Below are positions 1-8,500 of a stretch of DNA of 64,000 nt, in pieces. This DNA is from a virus. The notes under the pieces were generated by a model. That model was not told the DNA's origin. It searched no databases and worked only from the letters and a program-made list of their open reading frames with translations. The stretch spans positions 3,670 to 67,669 of the IMG/VR virus record IMGVR_UViG_3300030333_006336; one strand, written 5' to 3'. The position numbers were made by a program, and so were the translations under genes. Numbering within the stretch: the first letter of the stretch is position 1; every line of letters starts with the position of its first letter.

Positions 1-503
1 ACGCGATCCACAGCAAGAGAGATAAGCTCTCCAATTGACCTGTCGTTATTAGCCGAGATAGTAGCGATGTGGGCCACATCAGATGCGCTTTTAATTGGCT
101 TAGACATCTTAGACAAACTTTCTGTAACTTCTTTAACTGCAATTTCGATTCCTCTTTGTAATTCAATGGGAGATATTCCCGATGCAATATAGCGTTGTGA
201 CTCTTGTAATATAGCACGCGCCAAAACAGTCGCTGTCGTCGTACCGTCGCCAGCATCATTGTTAGTTTGCACCGCTGCTTGTTTAATAATCTGTGCGGCG
301 GCGTCTTCAAAAGGATCTGACAATTCAACGAATTGTGCCACCGTTACTCCGTCTTTTGTGATGAATGGATCCTTATCTTTTTCTTTTAGCAACACATTCC
401 TACCTCGTGGACCGAGAGTTGAAGCTACATTGTCTGCAAGAGTGTTGACTCCTTTCATGATCTTCTGTTGTAATGTTTGTTTATCGTCGTATTCGCGACT
501 CAT
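1..503 (-). CDS. groEL: Chaperonin GroEL, N-terminal part (runs off the left edge; absent from the ORF track)
   Basis: Manual translation from ATG at 503: MSREYDDKQTLQQKIMKGVNTLADNVASTLGPRGRNVLL...ITKDGVTVA...AGDGTTTATVLA...HIATISANND; contains the TLGPxGRNV, TKDGVTVA and GDGTTT Cpn60 motifs. Confidence 0.97.
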   Translation of the reverse strand, partial: MSREYDDKQTLQQKIMKGVNTLADNVASTLGPRGRNVLLKEKDKDPFITKDGVTVAQFVELSDPFEDAAAQIIKQAAVQTNNDAGDGTTTATVLARAILQESQRYIASGISPIELQRGIEIAVKEVTESLSKMSKPIKSASDVAHIATISANNDRSIGELISLAVDR

Positions 504-527
504 TTATACCTCGCCTGTATATTATAT

Positions 528-556
528 ATTATAATCTCAAAACAATTTGTTGTCAA
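528..556 (-). promoter_or_regulatory. sigma70-type promoter for groEL
   Basis: Minus strand TTGACA (556-551), 17 nt spacer, TATAAT (533-528); perfect consensus. Confidence 0.85.
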
Positions 557-558
557 GT

Positions 559-2229
559 TTATTTATCTGATTTAGCTTTTTCTGTTTGTGTCTCAATATT
601 CTGTGCATCGGCAATTGCATTGTTAGCCTTGTCGGTATCCGCCAGCCCAGTTGCAAAAAAGCCATTTAAGTTATCCGAAAGATTGCGGAGAGACTCAAAG
701 ATTGCAAAAACCTCTGAATTAAGAAGTTGTCTAGTTTCATTTAACATTTGCTGGATCGCTTTCGGTCCAATTTCTAATTTGGCCATTGGTTGCGCTAGAT
801 CGTACACCTCGCTTCTATTAATAGAGAATTGAAGCTCGTTTAGGTATCCGTTTGTTTTAAGTAGCGTAGCTTTTTTGCGCTCTTTATCTTCAATCTCGTT
901 GTAAAACTTTTGGCTTGCGCTAGCGGCTTCGCCAATATTTGCCGATAGCTTTGCGCGCTGGGTCTTATCGGCTCCCTTCGGTATTCTCATGCCTTTAAAA
1001 CTTGGAAGCAAGTCAGCGATCTGGGCTTTACGATCCATACGCAACTGTTGAATATCAGCAATAGCCTGTTTGAGTGAAGCACCAATTTGAAGGATTAACT
1101 GCTGCATTTGCTCATCAGTCAACTGCTCTAGCCCTGGCAGTGCTCTTAAAATCTGTGCCATGTTTTCGCGGTTTGCGCGAGACTTCAAGTTCTTGTAAGT
1201 GCGAAGAGTGCCGGAGCTAGTGGCCAACTCAAGCATCTCATCTTCACCATATTGAAAGTATGGGCTCTGCACCACAGTGTCAGCGTAGTTGCTGAGAGAG
1301 CCGAGATTCGCGGCAAATCTCTGCTGTACATCTTCAGGTGTTATACGAATTCTTGCCGGTGCTTCGATGTCTGAGACTCCTTCATCGGTGAGTGGCAATA
1401 TAATGCACGCTTGGGAAGATGCTTTGGTGTCCATTAGAATGTTCATCACGTTATCTAACGTAAAATCAAACTGATAGAACGTCAAACTTCCACTTAAATC
1501 ATCCTTCCCGCCTTTGAGGTTTTTCATGACGACCAGATAAGTCATTCGATTATCTTTAGAATCGTTTACAAGATCGCCTACTAAGTCTACAAAACTGCCG
1601 CCAACTTCAACACTCTTTTCATTATAAAGCTTCAAGCTAACAGGAACACCATCTGTTCCTCCTGCATAGAAGTCGGCGATTGTTCCCGTATTAGCCGGCA
1701 CCTGCACTCCATCCAGCAACGTAGCAAGGAATGATTCAAAGCTAAACCCCGCCGATGATGCGTTAAAATTAGCGATGATTTTGGTGAGTGTCTTGTAAAA
1801 CACCAAAAGAGAAATCGCCTGTTGAATCTGCTCAGAACGGCTTTCTGTTTGTGCCAAGTATTGCGTAGGATTTTCATAGAACGAACTTAGTTTGGCTAAC
1901 TGTTGTGGTAGCGAATCCAAACCTCGTCCTTGTTCTGCCCCTAAGATGTTGGCAAGGTAACTTTCTAACAATTGTCTTTCGCGACCTTTCACCACATCAC
2001 CCCCACCATCGGGAGTGCGAACGTCCGACCAGCCAAGCTCTGAAACTTCAATCTCTGGTATCATTTCCAGCGTGAACGTAACGTCTTTTGGTTTATCGTT
2101 TCTTTCTATGACCAAGGCCGGCATCTCAAGTGCTTCGCTTACCATTTTGATGAGCAGATCTGTATCTAAAGTCACAGTGTTGCGTGCTCTCTTATATTCT
2201 TCCTTTAGTATTTTTTGTAAGTCTGACAT
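559..2229 (-). CDS. Hypothetical protein with a possible PD-(D/E)XK-like nuclease domain
   Basis: 556-aa ORF; GFSFESFL...TIADFY...PVSLKLY resembles an E...D...(S/E)xK restriction-endonuclease-like active site; function is inference. Confidence 0.55.
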   Translation of the reverse strand: MSDLQKILKEEYKRARNTVTLDTDLLIKMVSEALEMPALVIERNDKPKDVTFTLEMIPEIEVSELGWSDVRTPDGGGDVVKGRERQLLESYLANILGAEQGRGLDSLPQQLAKLSSFYENPTQYLAQTESRSEQIQQAISLLVFYKTLTKIIANFNASSAGFSFESFLATLLDGVQVPANTGTIADFYAGGTDGVPVSLKLYNEKSVEVGGSFVDLVGDLVNDSKDNRMTYLVVMKNLKGGKDDLSGSLTFYQFDFTLDNVMNILMDTKASSQACIILPLTDEGVSDIEAPARIRITPEDVQQRFAANLGSLSNYADTVVQSPYFQYGEDEMLELATSSGTLRTYKNLKSRANRENMAQILRALPGLEQLTDEQMQQLILQIGASLKQAIADIQQLRMDRKAQIADLLPSFKGMRIPKGADKTQRAKLSANIGEAASASQKFYNEIEDKERKKATLLKTNGYLNELQFSINRSEVYDLAQPMAKLEIGPKAIQQMLNETRQLLNSEVFAIFESLRNLSDNLNGFFATGLADTDKANNAIADAQNIETQTEKAKSDK

Positions 2230-2238
2230 GGGTATCCC

Positions 2239-2880
2239 TTATACAATAATATCTGCTATTCCTAGTTCTACAGCTTCTTCTGCTGATAAATAGACGTTAA
2301 CTTTACGTTCCAGCATTTTTTTCAGTTGAGATTTCGTCATTTTTGTTTCTTCTACTAAACAATTTGTGTACATTTGTTGCAATTCTTCAATTGCTTCCAT
2401 CTCATTCATCATATTATGAAGGCTTCCGTGATTACCTCCGATAACCGAATGCAGCATCACGCGGCAGTTTTTGCCAATCTTGCGTTCTCCCTTGGTGCCA
2501 GCGGCCAATAACAAAACGCCTGCTGACATTACTTTTCCGAGTCCCACCGTATGTATTGGTGTCTCATCTCTTACCATACGCATAATATCATATAGGGCAA
2601 ACATGTCGTCAGCAGATCCCCCATAGGTGGAAAGATAGAAAGTGATCGGCTTGGGATCTTCTTCTTTCATCTTGTTTACTTCATTTAAGTAAACCATTGC
2701 GTGTGCGAGTTCTGCGATTTTCTCTTCAATAACTTCGGCGAACAATCCTAATACTTGAAACTCTGGCTCGGGCTCTTTTCCGCCGCTTGGATCTAAAATA
2801 ATTATCTTCTTGTCGCTTCCTTCCACTTGTTCTTCGTCGCCTATAAATGTGGTTACTGCTTGCTTAATTTTTTTAATCAT
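2239..2880 (-). CDS. clpP: ClpP-family protease subunit, paralogue A (catalytic Asp apparently replaced)
   Basis: YLSTYGGS, GKVMSAG (Ser), RVMLHS (His), YLSAEEAVELGIAD; likely start MIKKIK at 2880. Confidence 0.92.
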   Translation of the reverse strand: MIKKIKQAVTTFIGDEEQVEGSDKKIIILDPSGGKEPEPEFQVLGLFAEVIEEKIAELAHAMVYLNEVNKMKEEDPKPITFYLSTYGGSADDMFALYDIMRMVRDETPIHTVGLGKVMSAGVLLLAAGTKGERKIGKNCRVMLHSVIGGNHGSLHNMMNEMEAIEELQQMYTNCLVEETKMTKSQLKKMLERKVNVYLSAEEAVELGIADIIV

Positions 2881-3283
2881 TTGGTGCACCCTCCGTAAAA
2901 AAAGAAGCCATCACTTCTTTGTGTTGGTTAATAAATTTCATAGCTGATTTCCAATCATCGAAATCTAAATGAGGATGGAAAAACTTTGGATGAAGATATA
3001 TTAAAGTATCGATGGAGTTCTTCTTATAACGAGCAATCTCTTCCTCATAACGATAGTTAAACGCATTAATGTTGTGGGCGCTTTCCTCACTCTCTAACAT
3101 CTTTTCTAACTTGTACATGCGCCCATAGGAAAAGTTTTCCATACCTTTGGCTATCAAAGACACGCTGATTAACTGAGATGCTCTTAGTAGCGATAGGGCA
3201 AGTCGTGTTGAGCGGTAAAAATATAACAGCTTACAAGTAACATACCCAAAAACAAACATCAATACATACAGTCCCCATTCCAT
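2873..3283 (-). CDS. Hypothetical protein with an N-terminal transmembrane helix
   Basis: 136-aa ORF, hydrophobic N-terminus WGLYVLMFVFGYV; overlaps the clpP start. Confidence 0.7.
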   Translation of the reverse strand: MEWGLYVLMFVFGYVTCKLLYFYRSTRLALSLLRASQLISVSLIAKGMENFSYGRMYKLEKMLESEESAHNINAFNYRYEEEIARYKKNSIDTLIYLHPKFFHPHLDFDDWKSAMKFINQHKEVMASFFTEGAPND

Positions 3284-3294
3284 AAATCCATCCT

Positions 3295-3333
3295 AAAAAA
3301 ATAACCACTAGAGTTGAATACCCTAGTGGTTAT
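3295..3333 (-). terminator. Intrinsic terminator overlapping the -10 box of the next promoter
   Basis: Minus strand ATAACCACTAGGGT-ATTCA-ACTCTAGTGGTTAT followed by a T run. Confidence 0.8.
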
Positions 3334-3360
3334 TATAATCTCTTATTGACTAATTGTCAA
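3332..3360 (-). promoter_or_regulatory. sigma70-type promoter for the TM protein / clpP / 556-aa operon
   Basis: TTGACA (3360-3355), 17 nt, TATAAT (3337-3332). Confidence 0.85.
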
Positions 3361-3363
3361 GTT

Positions 3364-4245
3364 TTATTTTTGTGCCAGACGCTTAAAAATACGCTCGGCC
3401 AATTGCTCTGCAATCTCGTCACGCTGTGTTTTCTTTTCAGCAGCACCAGAGAGACGTTCCATAACCCGTTGGGCAACTTCAGCAACAATGTCTTCAGTCA
3501 CATCACCTTCGGAAGTAACTCCTTTGATGCCTACCCCACCACGGCTGTGGCGATCTCGCATACGGTCGCGTGCTTTTGCGCCGGCTGACTTGCGACGTGG
3601 CTCTTCGTCGTCGTCTTCCTTTCTATCGTCGGCTCTCTTTTCAGCAGCATCGCCTTCGCTTGTAACACCTTTGACGCCCATACCGCGTCGACTATGACGG
3701 TCGCGCATGCGGTCGCGGGCTTTGGCGCCTGCGGATTGACGGCGAGGTTTTTCCTCTTCGTCGTCTTCATCGGCCTTGGGACGTGCCTTCTCTGCGGCAC
3801 CTTCTTCGTACATGTCCATAGCGCCAGGAGCTTCCTCTTCTTCTGCGCCCATTTCCATGTCCATTTCCATATCCATGCCGTCATCATCCATCTCGATGGC
3901 TTCAACGTCTTCGATTTCCTCACCTCCTTCGTCGCCATCAAGAGACATATCAACACCGTGCTCTTCAGCCCAGTCTTGAACTGCCTGCAATAAACTTAAA
4001 ACGAGATCTTCTTCACCACCTCCCTCTTCAGGGGGCATCTCATCGTCCATTGCATCATCCATTGCATCCATGGGAGGTTCAGGATCCATTTCCAATTCTC
4101 CACCCATTTCCATTTCTTCTTCATCTTGTTCGGTGGTAAGACCGACTTCGCTATTGCTGATATATGTCTCAGCGAGAGGGTCTAAATTTGCCAGTTTCAT
4201 AAACTGACGAATCTCACCTTCAGACAATAAAGTTTTACGAGCCAT
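3364..4245 (-). CDS. Acidic low-complexity protein, probable internal head/core protein
   Basis: Start MARKTLLSE at 4245 with GAGGAG SD; E/D/M-rich; late-type motif upstream; FMKLANL resembles the scaffold C-terminus RMKKLAGI. Confidence 0.65.
   Translation of the reverse strand: MARKTLLSEGEIRQFMKLANLDPLAETYISNSEVGLTTEQDEEEMEMGGELEMDPEPPMDAMDDAMDDEMPPEEGGGEEDLVLSLLQAVQDWAEEHGVDMSLDGDEGGEEIEDVEAIEMDDDGMDMEMDMEMGAEEEEAPGAMDMYEEGAAEKARPKADEDDEEEKPRRQSAGAKARDRMRDRHSRRGMGVKGVTSEGDAAEKRADDRKEDDDEEPRRKSAGAKARDRMRDRHSRGGVGIKGVTSEGDVTEDIVAEVAQRVMERLSGAAEKKTQRDEIAEQLAERIFKRLAQK
3501..3805. repeat. Intragenic tandem duplication, period about 147 nt (about 49 aa)
   Basis: PRRQSAGAKARDRMRDRHSRRGMGVKGVTSEGD versus PRRKSAGAKARDRMRDRHSRGGVGIKGVTSEGD; units begin at 3501 and 3648 on the + strand. 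Confidence 0.9.
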
Positions 4246-4282
4246 GTAACTTCTCCTCAATTCATTAGATTGAACTCAAAAA

Positions 4283-4290
4283 TAAATAGT
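4283..4290 (-). promoter_or_regulatory. Putative phage late promoter ACTATTTA
   Basis: Same motif recurs upstream of virion genes. Confidence 0.6.
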
Positions 4291-4309
4291 TGACATTTTT
4301 AATAAATGC

Positions 4310-4567
4310 CTAAAAAAACATATTTGTTCTACGCGTTAGTTTCTTTAACTTAATTAGTGCGGCCGTTTCGATTTGTTTTATTCTCGCAAAAGAAAGTCCC
4401 ATTCTCTCGGCTATCTGCCGTAAGGTCATTGGTCCGTTTTCATAAATAGAAATAAATGTGCAATTATATTCCTCTTCATAATCGATCCAATATCTGCAAT
4501 CCTGTACAGGACAGCTTGTCTTTAATTGTTTGCATTTACGCGAACATTCTCTTAATCCATCTTTCAT
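4310..4567 (-). CDS. Stand-alone sigma70 region-4 HTH protein with Cys-rich N-terminus
   Basis: GPMTLRQIAERMGLSFARIKQIETAALIKLK matches the sigma4.2 pattern TLxEIG..GvtrERiRQIE.kAL.KLr; five Cys upstream. Confidence 0.8.
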   Translation of the reverse strand: MKDGLRECSRKCKQLKTSCPVQDCRYWIDYEEEYNCTFISIYENGPMTLRQIAERMGLSFARIKQIETAALIKLKKLTRRTNMFF

Positions 4568-4890
4568 AAGTCGGGGTGCTCCTGCTCTAAAAGATCGAAT
4601 ATATTCTCCCTTTCCCGGTCAGACAGCCCTAAGCTTTCCAATTGCTTTTCGCCTTTTTCTTTTAGCCTCTTTGATTTAGCTTGTCTTGTTTTAGAGTTTT
4701 CACTAACTTCGTTTATATAAGAGGCAATCCTATCGTCTCCATCAATGTAGCCACTTATCAAGTGGCGAAAAAAACTAGCCTGGGATATTTTATCGTGACG
4801 TAGACGTATAACAAGTTGCGCATGGCGATGATCTGTATCAGTAAAGACGATACGTTTGGTGTTTTTACCGTAGGTCGGACTGTCAGACAT
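4564..4890 (-). CDS. Hypothetical protein, possibly ribbon-helix-helix DNA-binding
   Basis: KRIVF strand followed by two helices (ISQASFFRHLI); coupled to both neighbours by stop/start overlaps. Confidence 0.55.
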   Translation of the reverse strand: MSDSPTYGKNTKRIVFTDTDHRHAQLVIRLRHDKISQASFFRHLISGYIDGDDRIASYINEVSENSKTRQAKSKRLKEKGEKQLESLGLSDRERENIFDLLEQEHPDL

Positions 4891-5918
4891 TACCACGTCC
4901 TTGTGCTTATGTGAGTCTTTGACTCTGCTAAGCCGGAAGTTGTTTGTTCAATAAACTTTGCTTTTGCTTGTAGTTCTAACAGAGAGCGCGAACCAGAATA
5001 GGAAAACCCTGAGCGGATTCCTTTTTCTATGTCATTCAATATGTTCTCCACCGGACCGGAATAAGGCACGCGTGAACTAACTCCCTCAAAAGAAGAATAA
5101 CGACCACGCCAATTCAATTGCGCCTCTTTGCTAGCCATGCCTCGGTAGACCTTCCAACGCAGCCCCTTTTCATAGAACAGCTCTCCAGGTGATTCAGTAG
5201 CGCCGGCAAGAAGCGACCCACACATTACAGCGTCTGCCCCAGCGGCCAAAGCTTTTACCATATCGCCAGAGTTTTTTATACCTCCATCAGCAATAATCTT
5301 AACATCGCGGTCGGTTTGAGAGCATTCCATAATTGTTTGTAAACCTGGGATACCGTGACCTGTTTGTACGCGTGTTGAACATATAGAACCGCCGCCAATA
5401 TTGCAACGCACACTATCGGCGCCCCAATCAGCTAAATCATTAACACCTTCCAAGGTGGCAACGTTGCCGGCCATAATGTGATAATCATCTCCCACCAAAT
5501 AACGCAACTCTTTAAGAGCCTGTTTCATTAATAAGTGGTGACCATGGGCAACGTCAACACAAATAAAACTAGCGCCTGCCTCATACATGGACTTTGCTCG
5601 CTGCATATAATCATCAGTGATACCAATAGCCGCACCAACAATGGCGCTTTTGTTCTTTTTAATTGTTTTTTGAACGTGTGCAGCTTGTGTTTCTATATCA
5701 TTGTAGCGGTGTATGATCGCACATGCGCCAGCTTTATGCATTGCCTTGGCCATAAAATATTCTGACACGGTGTCCATTGGGGATGCAATGATAGGGAGTG
5801 AAAGTTTAACGCCCTTGCCTAAATCTGTGTCAATGTTGATTTCTGAACGGGACGTAATGTCCGAGTATTGTGGTATAAGCAATACATCGTCGTAGGCATA
5901 TGTTTTTTTAATCTCCAC
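4890..5918 (-). CDS. guaB: IMP dehydrogenase / GMP reductase family protein, no CBS subdomain
   Basis: [36 protein letters not shown] (catalytic Cys), IADGGI, YRGMAS, EGV. Confidence 0.9.
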   Translation of the reverse strand: MEIKKTYAYDDVLLIPQYSDITSRSEINIDTDLGKGVKLSLPIIASPMDTVSEYFMAKAMHKAGACAIIHRYNDIETQAAHVQKTIKKNKSAIVGAAIGITDDYMQRAKSMYEAGASFICVDVAHGHHLLMKQALKELRYLVGDDYHIMAGNVATLEGVNDLADWGADSVRCNIGGGSICSTRVQTGHGIPGLQTIMECSQTDRDVKIIADGGIKNSGDMVKALAAGADAVMCGSLLAGATESPGELFYEKGLRWKVYRGMASKEAQLNWRGRYSSFEGVSSRVPYSGPVENILNDIEKGIRSGFSYSGSRSLLELQAKAKFIEQTTSGLAESKTHISTRTW

Positions 5919-6360
5919 TTTCTTCTTCCTTCTGCTTTCTCTTTCTTTGTGACGCTTGCTTTTTCTTTGCTGCTTCGACTATTTTTTGGGTTTTGTTGGC
6001 TGATCTCAAAGTGGCCGATCTTTCCTCTGTTAGCTGCGCTGTCTTTTCAACCAGCGGTAGCGTTTGAGAAATCAAGACGTCCAGCTTCTCTACCAAAATA
6101 GAAAACCTTTGAGCCTCTGGCAGCAATAGCGATTTATTGGCATCACTCGTTGTAACCGATTTTCCGAAATAATTTTCTAGCACTACAGCTGAGTTTTCAT
6201 TAGTAAATAAGTCCTGTATCGAATTCACTAATTCATCAACAGTGTTGGCATCTGGTTCTAATTTAGCACTTCCATCTAAGATCGACTCTGCTCTTCCATA
6301 CGCCTCCATCGCTTGTGAACGCATGCGCAGGAGTGCGGCTTCATAAAATTTTCTATTCAT
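5908..6360 (-). CDS. Hypothetical protein
   Basis: 150-aa ORF tightly packed in the operon; basic C-terminus. Confidence 0.7.
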   Translation of the reverse strand: MNRKFYEAALLRMRSQAMEAYGRAESILDGSAKLEPDANTVDELVNSIQDLFTNENSAVVLENYFGKSVTTSDANKSLLLPEAQRFSILVEKLDVLISQTLPLVEKTAQLTEERSATLRSANKTQKIVEAAKKKQASQRKRKQKEEESGD

Positions 6361-6721
6361 AACTCATTTTTCCTTCAATAAAATTTTTAATTGCGGTCGG
6401 GGCATACCAAGTTAATTCATTTGGATTAGTCGGCTCGGACATGACACGTACGTGCGATGTAGGCGGATCTATATCAATCATTATAAGAGTAGGCACCCCC
6501 TTAAACCCAAGACGAGCTTCAAAAGCGGGCTCATCATCAATATTAAATGCAAAAAAGTGTGTGTCCGGGTACTGTTCCGCTAACTCTTTATATGCATTTT
6601 GCAAATTATGACAAAAAGTACAACCGTTAGAATAAAACTTAACTACACATTTTGCCTTTTCGCGTGCACGTCCCGTTACCAAAGCCTCTAGTGCTCTGGT
6701 GCTAATTCGTTCAACTTTCAT
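6353..6721 (-). CDS. Thioredoxin-like protein
   Basis: VVKFYSNGCTFCHNL (CxxC) and GVPTL cis-Pro motif. Confidence 0.9.
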   Translation of the reverse strand: MKVERISTRALEALVTGRAREKAKCVVKFYSNGCTFCHNLQNAYKELAEQYPDTHFFAFNIDDEPAFEARLGFKGVPTLIMIDIDPPTSHVRVMSEPTNPNELTWYAPTAIKNFIEGKMSYE

Positions 6722-6990
6722 TTTTTCTCCTCTAAATATGCTTTAGCTACCTTCTGTGCCATGTCCCAACATTCGGGACAGTATAGTCGCACGGGAGGGT
6801 CTTTATCCTCTCTTACGACCACGTTCCATGATTCTACCATTTCTCTGTTTGTCTTGTCAAATGGTTTTTCGCATGCCAAGCACTCTTGTTCCAGTTTTTC
6901 AAACAGGAAAATTTTTTCCGAAAGATTTCGCTCGGCGTCTGATAACTTCTTTAACTCTTTCTCTCTTGCTCGGCGCTGCTTTCTGTTCAT
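6718..6990 (-). CDS. Small zinc-ribbon hypothetical protein
   Basis: CLAC...CPEC; likely start MNRKQRR at 6990 in ATGA overlap with the MTase stop. Confidence 0.7.
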   Translation of the reverse strand: MNRKQRRAREKELKKLSDAERNLSEKIFLFEKLEQECLACEKPFDKTNREMVESWNVVVREDKDPPVRLYCPECWDMAQKVAKAYLEEKK

Positions 6991-7478
6991 CTCTGAAGTG
7001 CTCCCATGACCGGCGGGCTGCCGACGGCCCATGTAGGATGCTTTCTGAAAACAACCACTGCTGATGGGAAGGGCGCGCTATTTTCGCTATCTCCAAACTT
7101 CAGCCTTCCTTTGACAAAATACACATACTCAGCTTTCATGACATAATCGTGCCAATAACGCGTATCGGTGCGCGCGGGGATAAGCATGACCACCTTTGTG
7201 CCTTGGCTCTTTTCTGCTTCCTCGTATCCTTTCTTGATCCACTTCTCGATTCCGCGACCGTAAGGGGGATTGACAAAGACAGTGTGCCCCTCCCAGCTTT
7301 TACTCAGTCCGTCTTCAGCGGGACTATAAAAATTTGCGCACTTTGTATTAAAAGGTGTCGCACATGCATCTAAATCAAATGGTCCAAAGCGCCAATCTAG
7401 TTTTTCAAAAAAATCCTTTGGTGTGGCCCAATCTTCAGACTTGCTTGAAAACATGACCTTTTGTGTTTCTTTGTTCAT
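6987..7478 (-). CDS. Phage-type DNA N6-adenine methyltransferase
   Basis: DWATP, FDLDACA, DGL..SW, FVNPPYG, LIPARTDT, GRLKF, SAPFPS motifs. Confidence 0.93.
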   Translation of the reverse strand: MNKETQKVMFSSKSEDWATPKDFFEKLDWRFGPFDLDACATPFNTKCANFYSPAEDGLSKSWEGHTVFVNPPYGRGIEKWIKKGYEEAEKSQGTKVVMLIPARTDTRYWHDYVMKAEYVYFVKGRLKFGDSENSAPFPSAVVVFRKHPTWAVGSPPVMGALQR

Positions 7479-7729
7479 GTTTTGCTATCCGTGCCTGAAA
7501 TAAGGTTGTAGTTGTTAACTACCTCATCAATGTCAACTTTACCTTTAAAGAGCCTGTAAGCCTTTACAGCGGCTCGCAACTCATCTGTGTCGAGCCATCC
7601 ATTCTCTCGGAACTCCGTGCGCAATTCGCGCTTCTGTTCCTTGTATGGCTCCATTGCTTCTTCAATTGCGCTAAGAGAGCGAATATACTCCTTAACATAT
7701 CTCTTCTTTTCTTCATTCGTGTTTGCCAC
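7475..7729 (-). CDS. Small dsDNA-binding protein (T4 DsbA / GapR-like)
   Basis: 84-aa helical pattern YIRSLSAIEE..KEQKREL..E....G.D...LRAAVK resembles DsbA/GapR; SD GGAGG. Confidence 0.6.
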   Translation of the reverse strand: MANTNEEKKRYVKEYIRSLSAIEEAMEPYKEQKRELRTEFRENGWLDTDELRAAVKAYRLFKGKVDIDEVVNNYNLISGTDSKT

Positions 7730-7753
7730 GATATACCTCCTTGGTTCTATATT

Positions 7754-7782
7754 AATATAACAAATAACACACTGCGTGTCAA
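7754..7782 (-). promoter_or_regulatory. sigma70-type promoter
   Basis: TTGACA (7782-7777), 17 nt, TATATT (7759-7754). Confidence 0.75.
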
Positions 7783-7789
7783 CATAATT

Positions 7790-8458
7790 TTAAGAAATTT
7801 CAATTCCGCGTGTTTGTTTTATGTAGCTAATAACCAATAGTCGCCTCTGCTCGTCAGTCTCGCACATCGCGTATTGATAGCCATAAGTTGAGTGCTTAAG
7901 AGACATTTCGTGTTGCACTGCTTTCGTTTCTGCGCGCATCCATTCTATCTGTTCTTCATAGTTTGTGGGTATTTCAATCTTTAATCGCTGTGCATAATCA
8001 AGCAAAATAAAGTAATGGCGAGTCTCTAGCGCTCTCTTGGCTTTATTAAACATGGAGATTTTCTCTTGTCTTTCTTCGATTGAGATATCTTTAGGAAACT
8101 TGTCTGGATGTAAGAACACAATTATTTTTTTGAAGAGTTTGTGAAAGATTTTATATATTTCAGAATCTTTCGTAGAATCTTGCAAATTTTCTGCGAACTC
8201 GATAGTCTCGTCAAAACTTTCGGTCGGCTCTCTTATGGCTAATGGACCAGGGGGAGGCTTGGGTCCCCCTCGCCATTGTTTGGTCGATGGCGGGGTGCTT
8301 GGGCTTATTTTCACATTATTTTCTCGACACATTTCTTCATAATGACTTTGAAACACAGGAGCAGCATCCTCGCAAATTTGCATACAAAGATCAAGCTCTT
8401 GATATAGGAATCTTAACTCATTAACAACTTTTTGCCACCTGTACTTCGATAGTCCCAC
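7790..8458 (-). CDS. J-domain (DnaJ-like) protein
   Basis: KLFKKIIVFLHPDK...MFNKAKRALE: HPD motif with flanking helices. Confidence 0.8.
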   Translation of the reverse strand: MGLSKYRWQKVVNELRFLYQELDLCMQICEDAAPVFQSHYEEMCRENNVKISPSTPPSTKQWRGGPKPPPGPLAIREPTESFDETIEFAENLQDSTKDSEIYKIFHKLFKKIIVFLHPDKFPKDISIEERQEKISMFNKAKRALETRHYFILLDYAQRLKIEIPTNYEEQIEWMRAETKAVQHEMSLKHSTYGYQYAMCETDEQRRLLVISYIKQTRGIEIS

Positions 8459-8500
8459 TCTTCTGTTCCTCTTGTATACCTAGTGAACGAAGAATATCAT

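Noticed and set aside
259-832. Plus-strand ORFs 259-534 and 473-832
   Set aside because: Antisense shadows of groEL and the 556-aa gene; no motifs or RBS
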